A DNA stretch of 64,000 bases from Tubiluchus corallicola (lineage: Eukaryota; Animalia; Priapulida), in assembly GCA_030141605.1 (NCBI GenBank), contig JAQGDQ010000058.1:281852-345851 (forward strand), read 5' to 3'. The notes beneath the pieces were generated by a model. It was not told the origin of the DNA. It saw nothing but the letters and a program-made list of their open reading frames with translations, and made no database searches. How positions within the stretch are numbered: position 1 is the stretch's first letter; each line of letters starts with the position of its first letter. Both the position numbers and the translations under genes were made by a program. Positions 1-24,500 of this stretch are shown here, piece by piece.

Positions 1-651
1 CGTAATTTTTCCACACGGGTTGAGAGTGCAGCGATTCCTACAAATATCATGCATTATTAATTATTACAATTGTGTATCGTAAAAGTAATACTCGTGTAGA
101 CAAGTTGTAGATACCAATAGGGAATTCAGTATTAACGATGGACTTGACCTATGTAGGTTCAACTTAACAATATCCTCAAGAGTTGGCTGTAGTGTGGCTT
201 ATATTAGATGTGGCCGTTTAGTTATTCATTCCTAGCTTTGAGTTCACGAAAACTTAAACTGTTTGTTTCATGTCTAACTGAGAAATAACTTGCCTGAACT
301 AAATTATAGCACGCAAGTCATCGTCTAAATTATTTTTCAAGTTTGTCGCGTGGATGGAGCTTTGCTAAACACGCTTGCCAAGTTTGTGCAGCGATGACAC
401 GTACGATATATCCCCTAAATGTGGATGTTATAGCTAAGCTGTACCCAGAGAGGGTAGTTCGTGAACACTTATTTACTGAGACAGGATCTGCTGAACTGAA
501 CTTATCACATGGATTTTTATGAGGTGAGTACAGTATGTTGTGAAGTGATAACTTCACTCACTTCTAGAGTTATCATCACTACAAAGTATATGTACAAGAC
601 CTAAGTTTTTTAACAACAATAAAAAAAGAAACAAAAGTAGATGACTGATAC

Positions 652-954
652 CGCATAAGATGGGGGTGGAGACGACCTTGCAGTCACTTCTGGAGTGTTA
701 AAAAGTGATGGAAAAGGTCCTTGTTGTGAGGTAACCAGCACTTGACCATTTGTAGGATTCTCGCTTTGTTGTGCAATATCCTCGGGAATACCGTTACATC
801 GTGGAGCGTCCACTGGAATATTGTTTTGTTGTTGAACATCTGTAGGAATGCCACCTTGTTGAAGAGCATTTGGAGAAGGGTCACCTTGCTGTGAGGCAAC
901 CGCTGATGATTCCGCTTGACAGCCATCATTTGCAGAATGATCTGACTGCTGCAT
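652..954 (-). CDS. Probable first coding exon of a gene running off the left edge; Gln/Pro-rich N-terminus ending in a PPSY (PPxY) motif
   Basis: Stop-free MQQSDHS...RSSPPPSYA (within ORF 610..1035) ends at a GT donor (GCG|gtatca, intron starts 651). A possible next exon is 148..115 (VKSIVNTEFPI). Product family cannot be assigned. Confidence 0.5.
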
Positions 955-1072
955 TCTCTCAATAGCTTTTATCAAACATACAGACAAAGCAAGTTTTGTA
1001 ATACTACGTCTGATCCTTTTTTTACTACTATTCATCCTACATAAACAATCGGCATTTTAAGGAAGCGCCACA

Positions 1073-2343
1073 GAACGTCTTTGCTGAACAATCCACGAGA
1101 AACTAGCATTGGTTGCTTGTTTGCCTTGGAAAGTGGCAATCGGTCGTCTTAGTTTGCGAAATTCACTTCTGCGCATGTAGCAAATGAAAAAAGCCTCGTC
1201 ATAATTCTAACAAGCAGACTATAAGGCAGTTATGAAAATTAGGCAATCCAAAACCTTCCAGGACCAACTGTGGGACTCACCCATAAGTACAAATCTGCTC
1301 AAATGCTTCCCTTTACACCATTCTGACCGCAAGTCTCTTGCTTGAGTGCCAAGCATACATTCTAAAAACGTTCTTTGTGCCCAGAAGGCCTACAAATCTA
1401 ACGATTGTGAGACGGTTTTTCTCAAATTTTCAGCATTCTAGAAACACCCGCAAAAAAGAAAAGGAAATAATAATCCAAAAATTAATCGTGCATTATGTTC
1501 CAAGACCTGATTTTGTTGCACCCGGAACCACGGTTTCATTCGATGTGGCGTCTTTGCTACATTTCGGTTGCTACTTATATGTTATATAATGAATAAGAAC
1601 CAACTCTATTGATAAAAGGACATTGCATCATTATTTGCGCTTACTTGTACTGAAGTTATTATTCGGGGTATCCACCCATTTCGCCAGTTGACATCTCGCC
1701 TGTGTAAAAGCTCGTACAGTTTGCCAGCGGTGCAGTTCACCTGTCGTACACTTCGCCAGTGCACCCTTCACCAATAGGACATCTCGCCGGCAAACATTTT
1801 CTGCTATGTTCTTTAAAAAAAGGCAATTTGCCAATACACACTTCACGAATACAGTACATTTCGCCTATGTTTCCAACTATATCATTACCTTAACCTTTAA
1901 CAAATCGCATCAGGTCGCCGGGGAAAAATTTCTGCTGCATTCGAATATCATTTACCTTTCTATTTAACAAATTGTTTCATTTCACAAGTTGTACATTTCG
2001 CCAGTGTATTTATTACGTTTATACTTTGTCATTATTATAACTCATGTCACTAATTCACATTTTGTTAGTGATCGATCATTTTAAATGTCATTTGGTACCC
2101 GAAGTGAAGAAGTTCTTGAAAAATATTGGTTTAAAAAGAAGCACGATATTTGTGATCGAGTGGTCGAAAATCATGCTCATGGTGTTCGTCACGGGAGCTT
2201 GGATTATGCTTGAAATTGATTTCTAATCGCTAGCTTCTGAGAGAAACTTTGTTTTCGTAACCTGCCGCTTATATAGCGGCCAAGGAACGTCTTGGCTGAA
2301 CAAGCTAGGAGAAACTAGCACTGGTTGCTTCGTTTGCCTAGGA
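1073..2343 (+). repeat. Pair of ~58-bp imperfect direct repeats (1073-1130 and 2285-2343)
   Basis: gaacgtctttgctgaacaatccacgagaaactagcattggttgcttgtttgccttgga versus gaacgtcttggctgaacaagctaggagaaactagcactggttgcttcgtttgcctagga. Confidence 0.7.
1675..2005. repeat. Degenerate short tandem repeat array (catttcgccag-like units), probably interior of a non-autonomous element
   Basis: Recurring catttcgcca / catctcgcc / cacttcgcca motifs. Confidence 0.45.
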
Positions 2344-5159
2344 TGCTTTGTCAGAACTTAGTAAGCTTACAAACTGTGCCGGTTAAAAAATTATCGTGTT
2401 GAAATGCATAATATCTATACATAAGTATAGTAATCTGCTTAGACGACAGAAAAAAGTAAACAAGTAAATAAAGAAAAAACTAAATAAAATGCATTGAATA
2501 GGTCTGCTGCTGATTTAGAGTCTAATCGAAACAAGCTACGATGCTTAGTTATTTTTTTCGAACATTAAAAAAGTTACACGACTGTTGCTGTAAATGGGGT
2601 TTGATTTTAACAGTTTTTTAAATGATTTTTGATGATGCACTCTTAATTACACATGTATAGTTACATAGAGGGCAGGCAAACCAACAAATGTTGCTAATAA
2701 TTTAATGCTCATTACGTCGGTAGTCGACGGTCTAGCTTTCATAAAATAACCGTGATCAAATACATGTCAGTAATTATCCATCCTGATGCAACATTGGACT
2801 TCGCGTGACTTAATTATGTATTTACAACGCGCATGCGCGAATAAGATTCTGCTAAGAACTCTTAATGAATCCTATTATGCCACCTTGAGCTCATTCAATA
2901 CGTACTCGGTTCGTTTCCCCGAATTTAATCACTTCGTTGCAAAGAAAAATGATTTTGGCTAAGCACGTTTGCAAGAGAGTGTGATTCAGATATAGGTGTA
3001 AAAAGTAGAACGCACAAATTTTAGAGGTGGCTAGAGTGACTTAAATTTCGCTTTTTAAGCCGTGGAGCTACGTGACTTGTCTTTTTTCAAAGAACAGAAG
3101 TCACAGTACCAAATTATTCTTTCATCAACTGCCTTTGCTACTACTGGTATACATAGCTGCAGCAAGAAACATTTGACATTGTTATTGAAGGCAAATACAT
3201 AAGTGCATGTAAACATCGGTGACCAAGAGAATGCATAGACGAACATCAGAAAGTGAGAAATGCGTGCAGGAAAACTGTCACGCAACCAGTGACAAATCAT
3301 CAACCAATTTTACGAATGAATGGAAACTGCGTCACAGAGTCGCAATGAAGGACTGAACAATAATGATTTCCAAACACTACATATACACAGTTTGCTCAAA
3401 AGTGTACAGTGTGGTAGTATGCTATGTATAAGTAATAGGTTCACGCTTGACTTCGTGCAAAACTAACAAGTTGAACTTGTTTACATGTTTGTTACAGTAT
3501 TGTTTGCTAATAAATAGCTGCAGCGTGCCTGGAATATTTCTTGATGTCAATATCATGCGCTTCGTGTTTGCGTAAAGGTCACTCGAGAATTCTTTGCATG
3601 CTAATCTTAACCATCTGTGGATAACAAATACATCAGCTGTGTGGTCACTCAGACTAAAGTGAACTGACAGGCGAGATATCTGTGGCATAATACAATACCT
3701 GGTTACATTAGGTCCTTATTGTGTAATAAAAACTGCTAATTTCAAGTACTACTGTTTATAGATTGCATCTGTGCTGAAACTGGTTTGTATTCACAAATTC
3801 TGCTTAGCGGTGTAGTTTAAACTGATTATTTTTAACTATCTTAAATGTTTCACTCTGAGGCAGTCAAAACTCATTCCTTCATACCTTTGCATACGTGAAT
3901 TTTTAAAAAAGTAAGTTCGAAGAATTTTTAGGGCATTGTTACAGCGTGTTAGCATAAAACTGGATTTGCTCAAAACTTTAAATGAATCAATCTTTATCTG
4001 GATGTTTCCTTTCGCGCGGACCTGCACTAACATTTCATTCCGCGAGCGGCCAAAATTTGGCACTTTGTGGCACACGAATTCTTATTTCAGACAGAAACCA
4101 AGGTAGGTATGTATTATAATAATAATAATCGTGAAAGAAATTAAAATGTCGCTATGTACTTTTTGTATGTATAAAAAAGTTATACTTATCCACGACACGG
4201 ATGTAATGATAAACATGTATAGTTTATCTACTTGATATATAAATTGCATACTGATTACCTATGCTTAAGAATTATAATTCAGATACGTATGTGAACTCCA
4301 ATTTTATGTAACTACAGTTAAGCTTACACAGAGTTGGATGAAACAGGAATGGTGTCGTTGTAATTATGTGGTTGAAAATCTTTATTTAGACTTACCCTTT
4401 TATATTGTTTGGGCACGTACGTGTAGCTATTGGCAAGTTCTAATATAATAAACTATGCATTTAAAAATTTGCTCTTGGGCCTTAATTTTAAAATAGAACC
4501 CATTCAGCGTTATACATGTAACAAGTACCCGGTTTATTTTTTATTATTTTTACTTACGATAGCCTTACTCGATGTGTACATGTTATGCTTTTAATTTTTT
4601 TTCATGATTATTGTATTAATGGATATTTGTGTCTCATATTAAGAAAATAACGTTATTAGTAAAAAAGCGTGTTTTATATTCTAGGAGAATAAGGCACGGG
4701 TATTATCATAAGCTGCGAATTACTTGTTTAATTTAGTGAGTTTTAGTGAGGGTTATAAACGGAAATTTTCCTGTTCTTACAGCGGTTAAGCAAAACAACG
4801 GATGCATAACTACAGTCTCACGCACCACTGCACTACACTTTTAGTACTCTCTCGGCATTACACTTTTTATAAATTTTCTTGTAATTTTTAAACGATTAAC
4901 TTCTCAAAAAATACAATTTTCTTGTTGACTTTTGCATTTATTTAAAAGTTATCCACGTAACTTTGCAAGGACGTTTCTACTTCTATCATAGATGAACGTT
5001 GGCAATGGCCGAAAAGCCCAGCAAAGTTATATGGACGGATTTTAAATGAATTTGTTTATACGTAAGTGTCTGGTTTTACCAACTCTTGCATTTCACTGCT
5101 TCCTTCATGTTATAGATGTTGTAACATAAATCATCTGTAAATTCTGAAAATGAGTTTTT

Positions 5160-5350
5160 AGAATGAATGAATGAACGAATGAGTGAAGAAACGGATGAAC
5201 GAATAAATAAATGAAAAGCAAATGAATTAATAAGCGAACAAACGAGCAGGTGAACGAACAAACAAGTCAAAGAAAAAAACGAACAAATGAAGGAATTTTA
5301 ATAAGTAAACAAGTTAACGCTTAAGACAGACAAACGAACAACGAACAAGA
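5160..5350. repeat. Degenerate (TGAA)/(ACGA/ACAA) tetranucleotide repeat
   Basis: gaatgaatgaatgaacgaatgagtgaa...aacaaacgaacaaa. Confidence 0.7.
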
Positions 5351-8300
5351 GAAACAAAGATATTTCCAGCTTCTAATATTTTCATCCACTAGGAAAAATA
5401 AAAAAGACGTTGCTCCCTCTATTTTGTTTGCTCCTGTAAGTCCCGTTTATGTATTGCTTGTTTCCAGATTTTTAACTTCCGCTTCCTTGTTCAGAAATTT
5501 TAAGCACGCATACGTTGCAGCCTGCCAGATATCGCTTAGCACGTTAGGCCCATAAGTTTGTAACCAAATGAGTTTGTTTTTGCGTAAGGGGTTATTTGGT
5601 TAGCAGAAACCGTGAAAAACACATTCAGCACGAATGCGATATCCAGGCAATCCTAGCCAGTTGGAAGCCCGCTTGCTGATTCATGCTCAGCAGATACGTC
5701 GCGCATGCGCAACAGTGTAAGCACAGCTGGCGAACACGGAAGCGGCTACCGGTTCTGAGAATCTGGCTTTCGATCAATACAAAATTCTCCATGCGGTGTT
5801 TAGATCCTGTTGTTGCTGATATAAAAGCATTTTGGTGCTTTCGTACTGTTTATAAGACCACAAAAAACTATGTCTAAGATCTAACTGTGTAGCTATGAGC
5901 TTTGACTTTTAGGCGTGCGTCATTAGATAACCACAGCGGTTGTATGACCAAGAATAAAATGTATGCAACCGATTGTTCGACTGTATTACGACATTTCCAG
6001 AAAGAACCACTTAAAACATTAAAATTACAGCAGCCGTGTCAGTAAAGGAATTTAAATTTGCAGTGATTTTGTGAAACTCTCTTAGTATATTTGACTTGAG
6101 ACTCTAGCCGTTTGTTGCTAACATCTGCCATTGTACGAGTATTGATTTGTACCTTTTGTGAGAGAAGTTCGCTGATACAGCGTTCAAGTTTAACGATAAG
6201 GCACACGAGTTTTACATAAATTTCCAAAAAGCCATACCCAGTCTTGCAAAATGTTGCGGTGTGCAATTTGTGGATCGTTATTCGACAAAAATGGACCTCT
6301 TCGTTGGAGGCACGTGGCTAAAAGTAAGTTTTTGATAATTCTCATTTTCGAAAGTTTATTATTCGTGCTGGTGTCTTTAGCAATTTTTCATTGGAAAAGT
6401 GAAAAAACTATGAAAAGACGACTTGGAGTTCATCAAAGTTTAAATCAGCGCGAATATGTAGCAGGTTCCGACCTAACCTAACTTCTTGGCGCACGAGGAT
6501 ATTAGCTTTCTATTTATGACTACGTTGACGTTTTATGGCAATGCATTCCTCTTCTTAAGGCTAAATTTTAATATTCTTGTTAATGAACTTCTACTTTTTA
6601 ATGTTAATGAACTTCTACTTTTTAAATGCTTAAAAATTAAAGTTATATTATTATAACATATGTGCTTAACACGTTTAGATTAAGCAGTAGGCTAATAAAC
6701 GTTCTTTAAATTTTCCAAAATAAGAATAATTAGACAGTGACGCGGCAGTGGCACATGTGTACGTTTTAAATCATTTTTATCGTAACATTTTCGACACCAA
6801 GTTCGACACCGTTAGACTGCAGCCTCATCAGTTATCGCTAACGTGCTTCTTGAGACCCCAGGAAAACCCTTCACAAATGCCACGTATGCATGGAATATTG
6901 TAAGTCCGTATTTCATGCATTACATTATTGGAGTTAAAATTGGTTACTAGACGTTGCACAAAACCCGGCTGTGTGACGGGAATCCGACTGATTTGTCCAT
7001 TTGGGGTATTTGCCATATATTAGAGATACACGGCCATCATATTACTTGATCTTACTACTATATAATTAGTATCTAATCCCATTTTGTTACTTATGGAATT
7101 TTTGTGCAACGGTTACTAAGAAGTTATTACGCGGTGTATATTGGTTAATAACTGTTGTCAACGTCCACGGATGTTTGTATCTCTGTTTCGGATACACTTG
7201 CTGATCGTTCCTGTGGAAGGCATTTTATCCTCGTCTGGCCTTGCACCTATCCATTCGTTATGCCATCTCTCCAGAGAGTTACGAAGCCAGTATAAAATGG
7301 CTTCACAATGGACACGTTGAGCAATGATTTTGGACATTTTTGCCGTTTTTATAAGCCACTGGCATGAACTATTGAAGGATGAGTACTGTTACAATCAGGC
7401 CGGGATTTACCAATAAACGTAGTAGGCCATTGGCCTAGGGCCTACTGAAACTAATAAATACGTACATGATATGATACTAATTTGAGTAGAAGTACTGCTG
7501 AGCTTGCTTTGTATGTGCTTTTTAAAGCTCGTGTTTCCATCGACATTTTGAAATCAAAACAGTTAAAAGGGACATACTAAACGAACAAATGCTTTTGGCC
7601 TTGCCCAACCTTTCCGAAATGAGATTTTGTTCATCCACACTACCCCAAAGAATTTTTAGGGCGTCAGAACCGTACTGCCTGATACTGATAACAGTGTCAT
7701 GGCGTTATTGTGATTGCTTAATTTTTCTGTTCTTTGCAGTTTAAAAGTTATCCTTTATTTCGGTATATAGCAATATCTGTTCCTATTGATATATTGTCGT
7801 GATCAGAAGCTTTCATTCTACGATTTTCTATCTATGTTTTAACATATCTGCCTAATAACGTCAAATCTTCCAGTTGCTAGTTGTTCAAGGACACACAGAC
7901 GATACAAGTTCTGCACCATTCTGGGAGCGCGAAAGGCCGAATACCATCAGTCCGATATTTTGTTGAGATAGATGTAACAGGAATGTTACATGTATATGAG
8001 GCCATTTATGTTTGCCAGGAATAGCTTTGTGCTGTCACTTACCATATTGTTATAGATTTCATAAACTTCGTGCGGACCATTGCGGAGGCTCTCTATATCT
8101 CTTATCTCTTAACCCAACAATGCTTCTGAAATGTCAGCTATACTGAAGTTAATCTGCTTATACATATTAGTCGATCATATCGAGTCCTGCTTGTTGGATT
8201 TGTCAGTTGGGTTGTTAAACTACAGTTTAATTTATGAAATTTCAGCACAAAGTCACGCGCAACTGCAAAATGACTGTAGAAATCAATGCTTGGCTATTGG

Positions 8301-8926
8301 ATTTTAGTTAAGGGATGGATAGGACTGAAGGGATTTCTAATAAACTTCTCGTTCTTGTTAAACAGAGTTGCCAGTGTTAGATTGTCACTAAAAATGCGCG
8401 TAATTTTTTGTTGGTTTACAAAAATGATTTTCCATGTGGACAGAGATCCCGTGGGTGCAGCTTGATGAATAAAATTACTGAGGATGTGAAACTGTTTCTA
8501 GATTTTTGCAGTTAAACCAGTTCAATATTAAACGATATTTACTGTAACAGAAAAACTTGGTCGCTGCAAATGGCTATTGATGTTGACCATTGAATATTAG
8601 TCAGTGAAACTATTGGTTAAAGATGTTTTTACTCTTTGGCCACAGGAATTCGAGGAAAGCTTACGCACACAACATAATATTAAATGGTTGTAATGGCTGA
8701 AAAAATGAGAAATTTCTTCTTTGAACAGAAATGTCTCCTTTGAAAAGCTCCAGTGTTGTATTTTTAGTAATGGGCTATTTTTTCGCTTCATTTGCATTAC
8801 CTATAGGTTCTTTCTGCCTATATCAAATAAACCCAAGCTTCGTAAGTTAAACATGATTACTGTTTGAGTGCGTTCAGTTTAGTTGAGTTTCTGATTGTTA
8901 TTTTTACGTTATTTTCAGTCCTCGGG

Positions 8927-13643
<4,717 letters not shown>

Positions 13644-16600
13644 AATTTCTGCATCACTACTACAAGATGTTGTGAATATAGTATTGCGTTTAGTGGAATA
13701 ATGACTAATCAGATGATGTAATAACATAAGTTGGTATATAGAGTATTGCAATTAAGGTAAATCATTTGTCTATAATTATCAGGTCAAATGTAAAAAAAAT
13801 ACTGAAGCGTTTAAAGGAGATATTAAACTGGTTACAAACAGAAATGATACTATTGTATCTATGTGTTTATAAGGTGCATTTATTGCATAGCATATTGTAA
13901 AATGTTGGACCTATTTGTCCTATATGCATTACAATTAATCATTGACTTCCGGTTTGTAATTCCTAGGATTGTAAGTTTTAGACATCAACGGGAACTACGT
14001 CCATAAGACGGTTACAAAAATGTCTAGACTACAGAACATTATTATGGAGGTTCAAATCTGGTGGCGCTCAAATTTTTCGATTATTATTTTTTTAGCGATG
14101 TTGATTGTTATACTTTTTCTGGTGTGTAACACGACATTAACCAGAAAAGTTAATAAGTAATAATTTGTCAGGCCAACAAAGCTATAAGTCATATATGAGA
14201 AATTTAAACTTGATATTTTATTGTTATGTTGTTAATGCTCATTGTCATATTTTTTTGTGAAAAGTCGCAAGATAGTTAAATTATAATAGTATATATTTTG
14301 ATTCGAACGTGTTGGTAAGCCTGCTGTCTTTGTATTATTATTATCCCACCATCTGACCGCCATCTTTGATTTTGCTTTTTTGCGCGTATTTTGATTATGA
14401 CTCCTTGGTGACCTTCCACCTTTCATTTCTGAGCCAGTAGTCTTACAAGTAATCGAGTTTTTTTTCAAATAAACCATTTGTTTTCTCAGGGAATGTACTT
14501 GTGATCTCAAACTATTCAGTCAAGGTCAACCATTTCCCCACAACATGTGTCCGCCATCAGATACCTAAATTTTCTCGTTCAACTTGTTACCATTTTTAGT
14601 CACAAAGCCTTTTTCACACGCATTTCGATTATTCTATTAAGAAAATCTTGCAATCTTCTCGCAAGTTCTTTTCTGCCTGGACGGGTCTAACTCCTGTCTT
14701 TTCACTAACTTATATTGCTCTGTTAAGACTAAGTCTTGAACTGTCGCCTTTTGATTTTTGAACTTTGACAGCGGGTTTCAGTAAAATATTTTTGAAATGT
14801 CTGTGTTGTAAAAATATGACTTATTTTACGTTTTGTCCACTTTCTTTCGGTTTTCTCCACATTTGTCGCTCTATGTTAACGCGCTCAAGAACTTTTTCTG
14901 CTTTGCTGCAGGCACAGATTAGTAGGCATTATTGAAGCCGATAGAGATGTGTTTATTGTATTAAAGTATACTCGTACGTATAATAATTATTGTATATTTT
15001 TAATTGGGTTGTGAGACAAATAGGTTTTTTGAAATTATGTTTTGCTTTTGTACAAGTGATGTTTTTTAGACATTTTTGAAGTAATTTGCATCTATAATGC
15101 TTTAAACATGCGGAATGCTGCATATATTTGTTGATATTGTATTAATATAACACTGTTAAATTTTGTTTTTACGTCAAATGTTATTTTTTTTGATAGTCTA
15201 GTGTCTGGTGTTTTTGGAAAACAGGGGCAGAGTGTGATAATGGAATGACTTCAGAACCTATTTTCTGGTGTTAGTTGCCACTGAACAGCTTTTTGAAAGA
15301 AACTGTATGATAAATAAAACATTTATAGGTAAATCATTTGTCAATAATATTATGATATAAAGTGAGTAGTCATAGCATATAACTTGAATAGTCGATATCA
15401 CCTTATGTGAATGTAATAAAAATATAAAAAATAGATTTGTTTGTGTAAGAGTTATAATAAGTGTTTACATTTGCATGATTATCCCGTCTGAAGATGAGCG
15501 GAGCAATTGGAATGGTGCGTGAAAATTATCTGAAGATGTGTGGATCTGTCGTTCGAAGATGTCTGAAGATGTGTAAACTCTTGCACATGCGCAGGTTATA
15601 ACGACGTTTGGAACTTGGTGAAATTGTCACGTGTGCATGTGGGTTTGAGGAAGAAGGAAATCTGCTTGGATTCCGCGACTGAACCACGAATAAATCACGA
15701 ATAAACGACGAGTAAATTCAGTTAATTTGGAAGATTTCGACTGTCTCAAAGTTCAACTTACATTGTTGATCACTTACAAAATTTCATTATCGTTATTATA
15801 TTGTAGGATTGTGCATTAAATGTTAAAAGAAACTTTAACAGAAACAAGACTGAATAAATTCAGATCCTAATCCGCGAGGGTAACCCAGTAATAGTGTTTA
15901 CACCAGACTATGCCTGGTCGAGTATGGTTAATTCGTGTCACTACTTGTAGCTTATTATGCTCATATGCCTTAAGTTATTGTGCGTAGGCCTTGAGTTAAT
16001 TATGTCATTTCAATACTTATATGGCCACGCCCACTTTTGAAAAAATACTTTGCTCATATCTATCTACACATACAAAAACATTGACTCAGCTGTCTACTTT
16101 CGTTACTACCGGTTTAGAGTTTTTTAATGTTATGCATTCTGGCTCCTATCTTGGGCCCTTAAAGAATCCCAGTTTTTTTTAAATCCCTTGTACACATCTG
16201 CACCTCACTGCCTAATTGCTGATGAAAAAAATTGAATCTAACTCAAAGCCCTGGGAAGCGTTGAACGGCAATTGAAATACTGTCCTTCAATTGTCCTTCA
16301 CCCTTTGGCCAAGGTGTTCTCTGCACCATCGTCCAGGCGCCTTGCGAGTTTTGTATGTCTAGCCCTCTGCGTTTGTCGAAGTGGAAAATGAAAGAACAGC
16401 GCTCATGGTTAAAATGCTAGTTATCTAACAGTTTGTTATTATTTCTTTCTTAGTTGAATTTAGCTGCTCTTTGTAATTTCAGTAATTCTTATTAATAAAT
16501 TTTCAGTTCCACAGTAATACAGTTGCATAATGATTAGTGTGTATAAACTTATTTTATTGATTTTTGCCTTTTAGGTGGTCTTTCGCATTTCGTTGTAGAC

Positions 16601-16883
16601 GATGTTAGACAGCCAAGTTGCTAATTCTAAATTATGTTAAAAATCGGTCAAAGGAAGTTAATTTTTCGTCTGGGAAATTTCTGGAAAAACCGGAAACGCG
16701 GCGGGTGTAAGCACGTTCACTAGGTTATTTTCCAGCGTGTACGTAGTATATAATACAGAGCCAAGTAAACTTAGTTGCAAATATTTAGCGTTCATTATTA
16801 ATTGTAGTCATTTTTAATACCATAGTCTAATTTACCCCTTTCTTTTGTTTGGGTAATTTTGTTCAAAGATGCGTTGAGTACCT

Positions 16884-21522
<4,639 letters not shown>

Positions 21523-24500
21523 AAAATCCCAAATCGAGTAATAACAGATTTTCTGCGTTTTATCGATTTAGATATTATTTTATATCACCTCTGTAATATC
21601 CAAATAAGGTGCAGTGTTTGTGTTAACATAAACTGACACTCAAAATTCCGAGCAATTTATATTTGGAAACAGTTAGTAATTTGTTTTAATTTTTTTATTA
21701 ATCTCATTAAAATCGCGTTAGAGAATTTTTCTCTTATCAGTTCGGCCTATATGCATTAATTACTAGGCTGGCGGAAAATGGGTAAATAATTCAGATTCAG
21801 ATAAATTTGTTTAGCTCTTGTAGCACACGAAAAAATCAAGTACGTAGTAAAAATAAGTTATTAGTAGTCAGAGAAAGGGTGACGAAAAAACTCTAAAGGT
21901 TAGCAAATCAGCCACCATTTTTGTTAAAGTTAGTACAAAAAAAATCTAGCAACGATTTAAGCTGGGATAAAACAAAGAAAAGCCTGTCAAACCGAAAAAG
22001 TATAAAAATGAAGAAATGATAACAAAAAATGAATTAAGTTAGTTTTAAGTGGCAAAGCAATATGCAAAAAATAAAAGAAAAAACAAAACAGGCATAAGCA
22101 AAACAGATTGAGAAACAAAGCCAAACTATCAGAAGTGGATAAGCATATAAAGTCGCAGTAAATAATAGCGGATATAAAAATAAGCAAACATAAAGCCTGA
22201 AAACGAAACTTAAAACTGAAATACGCACTGAAAGCATAAACTGAAGGAATCAGCTCAGCAAAAAATGATTGTATGGTAAAGCTGAAATAAGCATACAATG
22301 AGAAAATTAACCTGAAAAAACCACTACAAAATGGCACTATAAACAAACGAAACAAATTGGTATGATAATAACTGGCAAAACAAAAGCAAAAAAGAAACAA
22401 AATCATAAACAAAGCAGCAAGCGTCAAAATATTGTTGTTGCTATAAAGCAAGAACTTGCAAACTAGAAGCATAAACTGCTAAAAATAATTTGTGTATAAA
22501 ATTATAAGATTCTAATTTACACCTAAATAATTATTCTGTGAAAAGAAAACATAAATTAAGGCAGCAAAAAAGAACATAATAATGCAGCATGCTACTAATA
22601 TAGTTTGCTTAACAGAAATTGTGCCTGCAGGCGCAGCACCATTACTTTCCAGATAGCCTTTAACATTCGAGTAGATTTTTCACTAGATAAATAATACTTG
22701 TGAAATGATTAGGCTATCTGAAAAGTCTTGTTGAATACGTTGGTAAGAATAAATGTTCATTCTGTTTTGTGTGGTTTCTCTAACTGATTACACACAAGAC
22801 TGAAAAAAACATGAAAAATGATTTTATTTAGGGTGAACTGGATTACTTCTTGCCGAATGCCAAAGCGTAATTTGTTATCAGATGGAGAAAAAGATGTCCA
22901 TAGCTAGGGAGTTACAATGGTTTTGAAAGCTAGTTGTGCAAAGGTTATTAAAAGAGCACCCAAAGACGCCTGTACGTGTGCTTACGCGCGGCGTATATGT
23001 TAGTCCGTGTGTTTGTGCATTCGTAGGTGTGTGCAGTCCGTACATGCGCGTTGATGTGATAATGAGCACGCATAAAGACGCTTGAGCGTATGCGCATGTG
23101 CAACTTAAAAGCGTGATACAAGTAGCAGCATGCATTTAAGTAAAATATTACGTTAACAAAAGTGGATATAAAACGAGAAAACTCGCACGCACAGCTCCAT
23201 TTTTGCAGACACGTGTAGGTAGTAATTTTACTTTTTCCGTCTCTCCCGTTTCCACTTTAACATGTATAGTTTATTATTGTACATTTTTATTTTTTGTGCT
23301 GGTAATTTTTATTGTCTGTATGGATACTTTAATAAAAAATATTTCTTAAGACATGAAAATAATGTATGTGCGCTGCGTTCAACCACTTTAATTATGTGCG
23401 AAGAATGTAGATGTTAAAATCCGTGTTAAGCCGTACAAAATATGAGCAGTTATCTGAAATCGCCATACATGCAGGGGTACGTGGGAACGTTTGTGATGAG
23501 TTTGCAAGCTATCTACAGCGAATTAATACCCTAGTTATAATAACCCAAAAACGAAAAATACTCGTGCGGCACAACGGCTGGACACTCGAGGACCTCATAT
23601 GCAGTATAGCTGCGCGTAGTGTTAATAATAGTGTTACATCCTAATTCAACCATTCATAATCGCTATAGTGCTGCAGTTCAAATCTGTAAAAGCGATTATA
23701 GCTTTAGGTTACTACGCTATTCTGAAAAATATGCATACCTAATAGCCAAGAAAATACACGAATTTTGCCCTTTGCACAGCGCACACCCTTGATAATAAAA
23801 TATGTTTGCTTACACCTACATTAAACGTACTAGCGTTCTAAATTTGCCTTGCAGTGCATGAGCACTGAGCAATTTGTTCTCAGTCTATAGTCTCTTTTAA
23901 TATAATTACGGAAATGTTATATGGGTTGATTGACCATTTTGCTAACTCATAGGATATAATAGACTAAAGTGAATCAAACACAGGAAGGAACTGCTACGCA
24001 AGAGTAGAATATATTGTAGTTCCGCTCATCAGTGCGTAAAAATTGCACAGTTATAGTTTGTTACAGGTTTTTCGAAAGTCATCAAAAGTGTGCTTAACTT
24101 TACGTAAGTCAAATAATTTTACTCTTTCTCTTTTGGTTTGTAATTTTAATCTTAACAATTTTTTTATAAAACACACACGTCAATAGACAGATTTGGCCAC
24201 GTGTAAGGCTTATTACTTGCATTAATTTCTCAAGGGTGGCGCGTCGGCCTTGTCGGGAATTTCATCAACTAATGCCATTCCATAATGACTGTCAATGGCA
24301 GTATTTTAACCGGGCAGCAGTCTGATTAATAGTAATGGTTATGGCTGTTTGTTTATTCAAGAAAATATTTTTTACATTTTACAGCGGTTCTCTTTTGTTT
24401 TTAAACTAAACTACTAATTTTAGCGACGAATTCAGCTACATGGTTGCACGTTGACGAAATGAGGAGAATTGGTTGAGCGGTTTAAAGCGTTGGCGCTAAA

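Noticed and set aside
21987-22472. 161-aa very hydrophobic minus-strand ORF
   Set aside because: Arises from an A-rich low-complexity tract; no motif or splice support.
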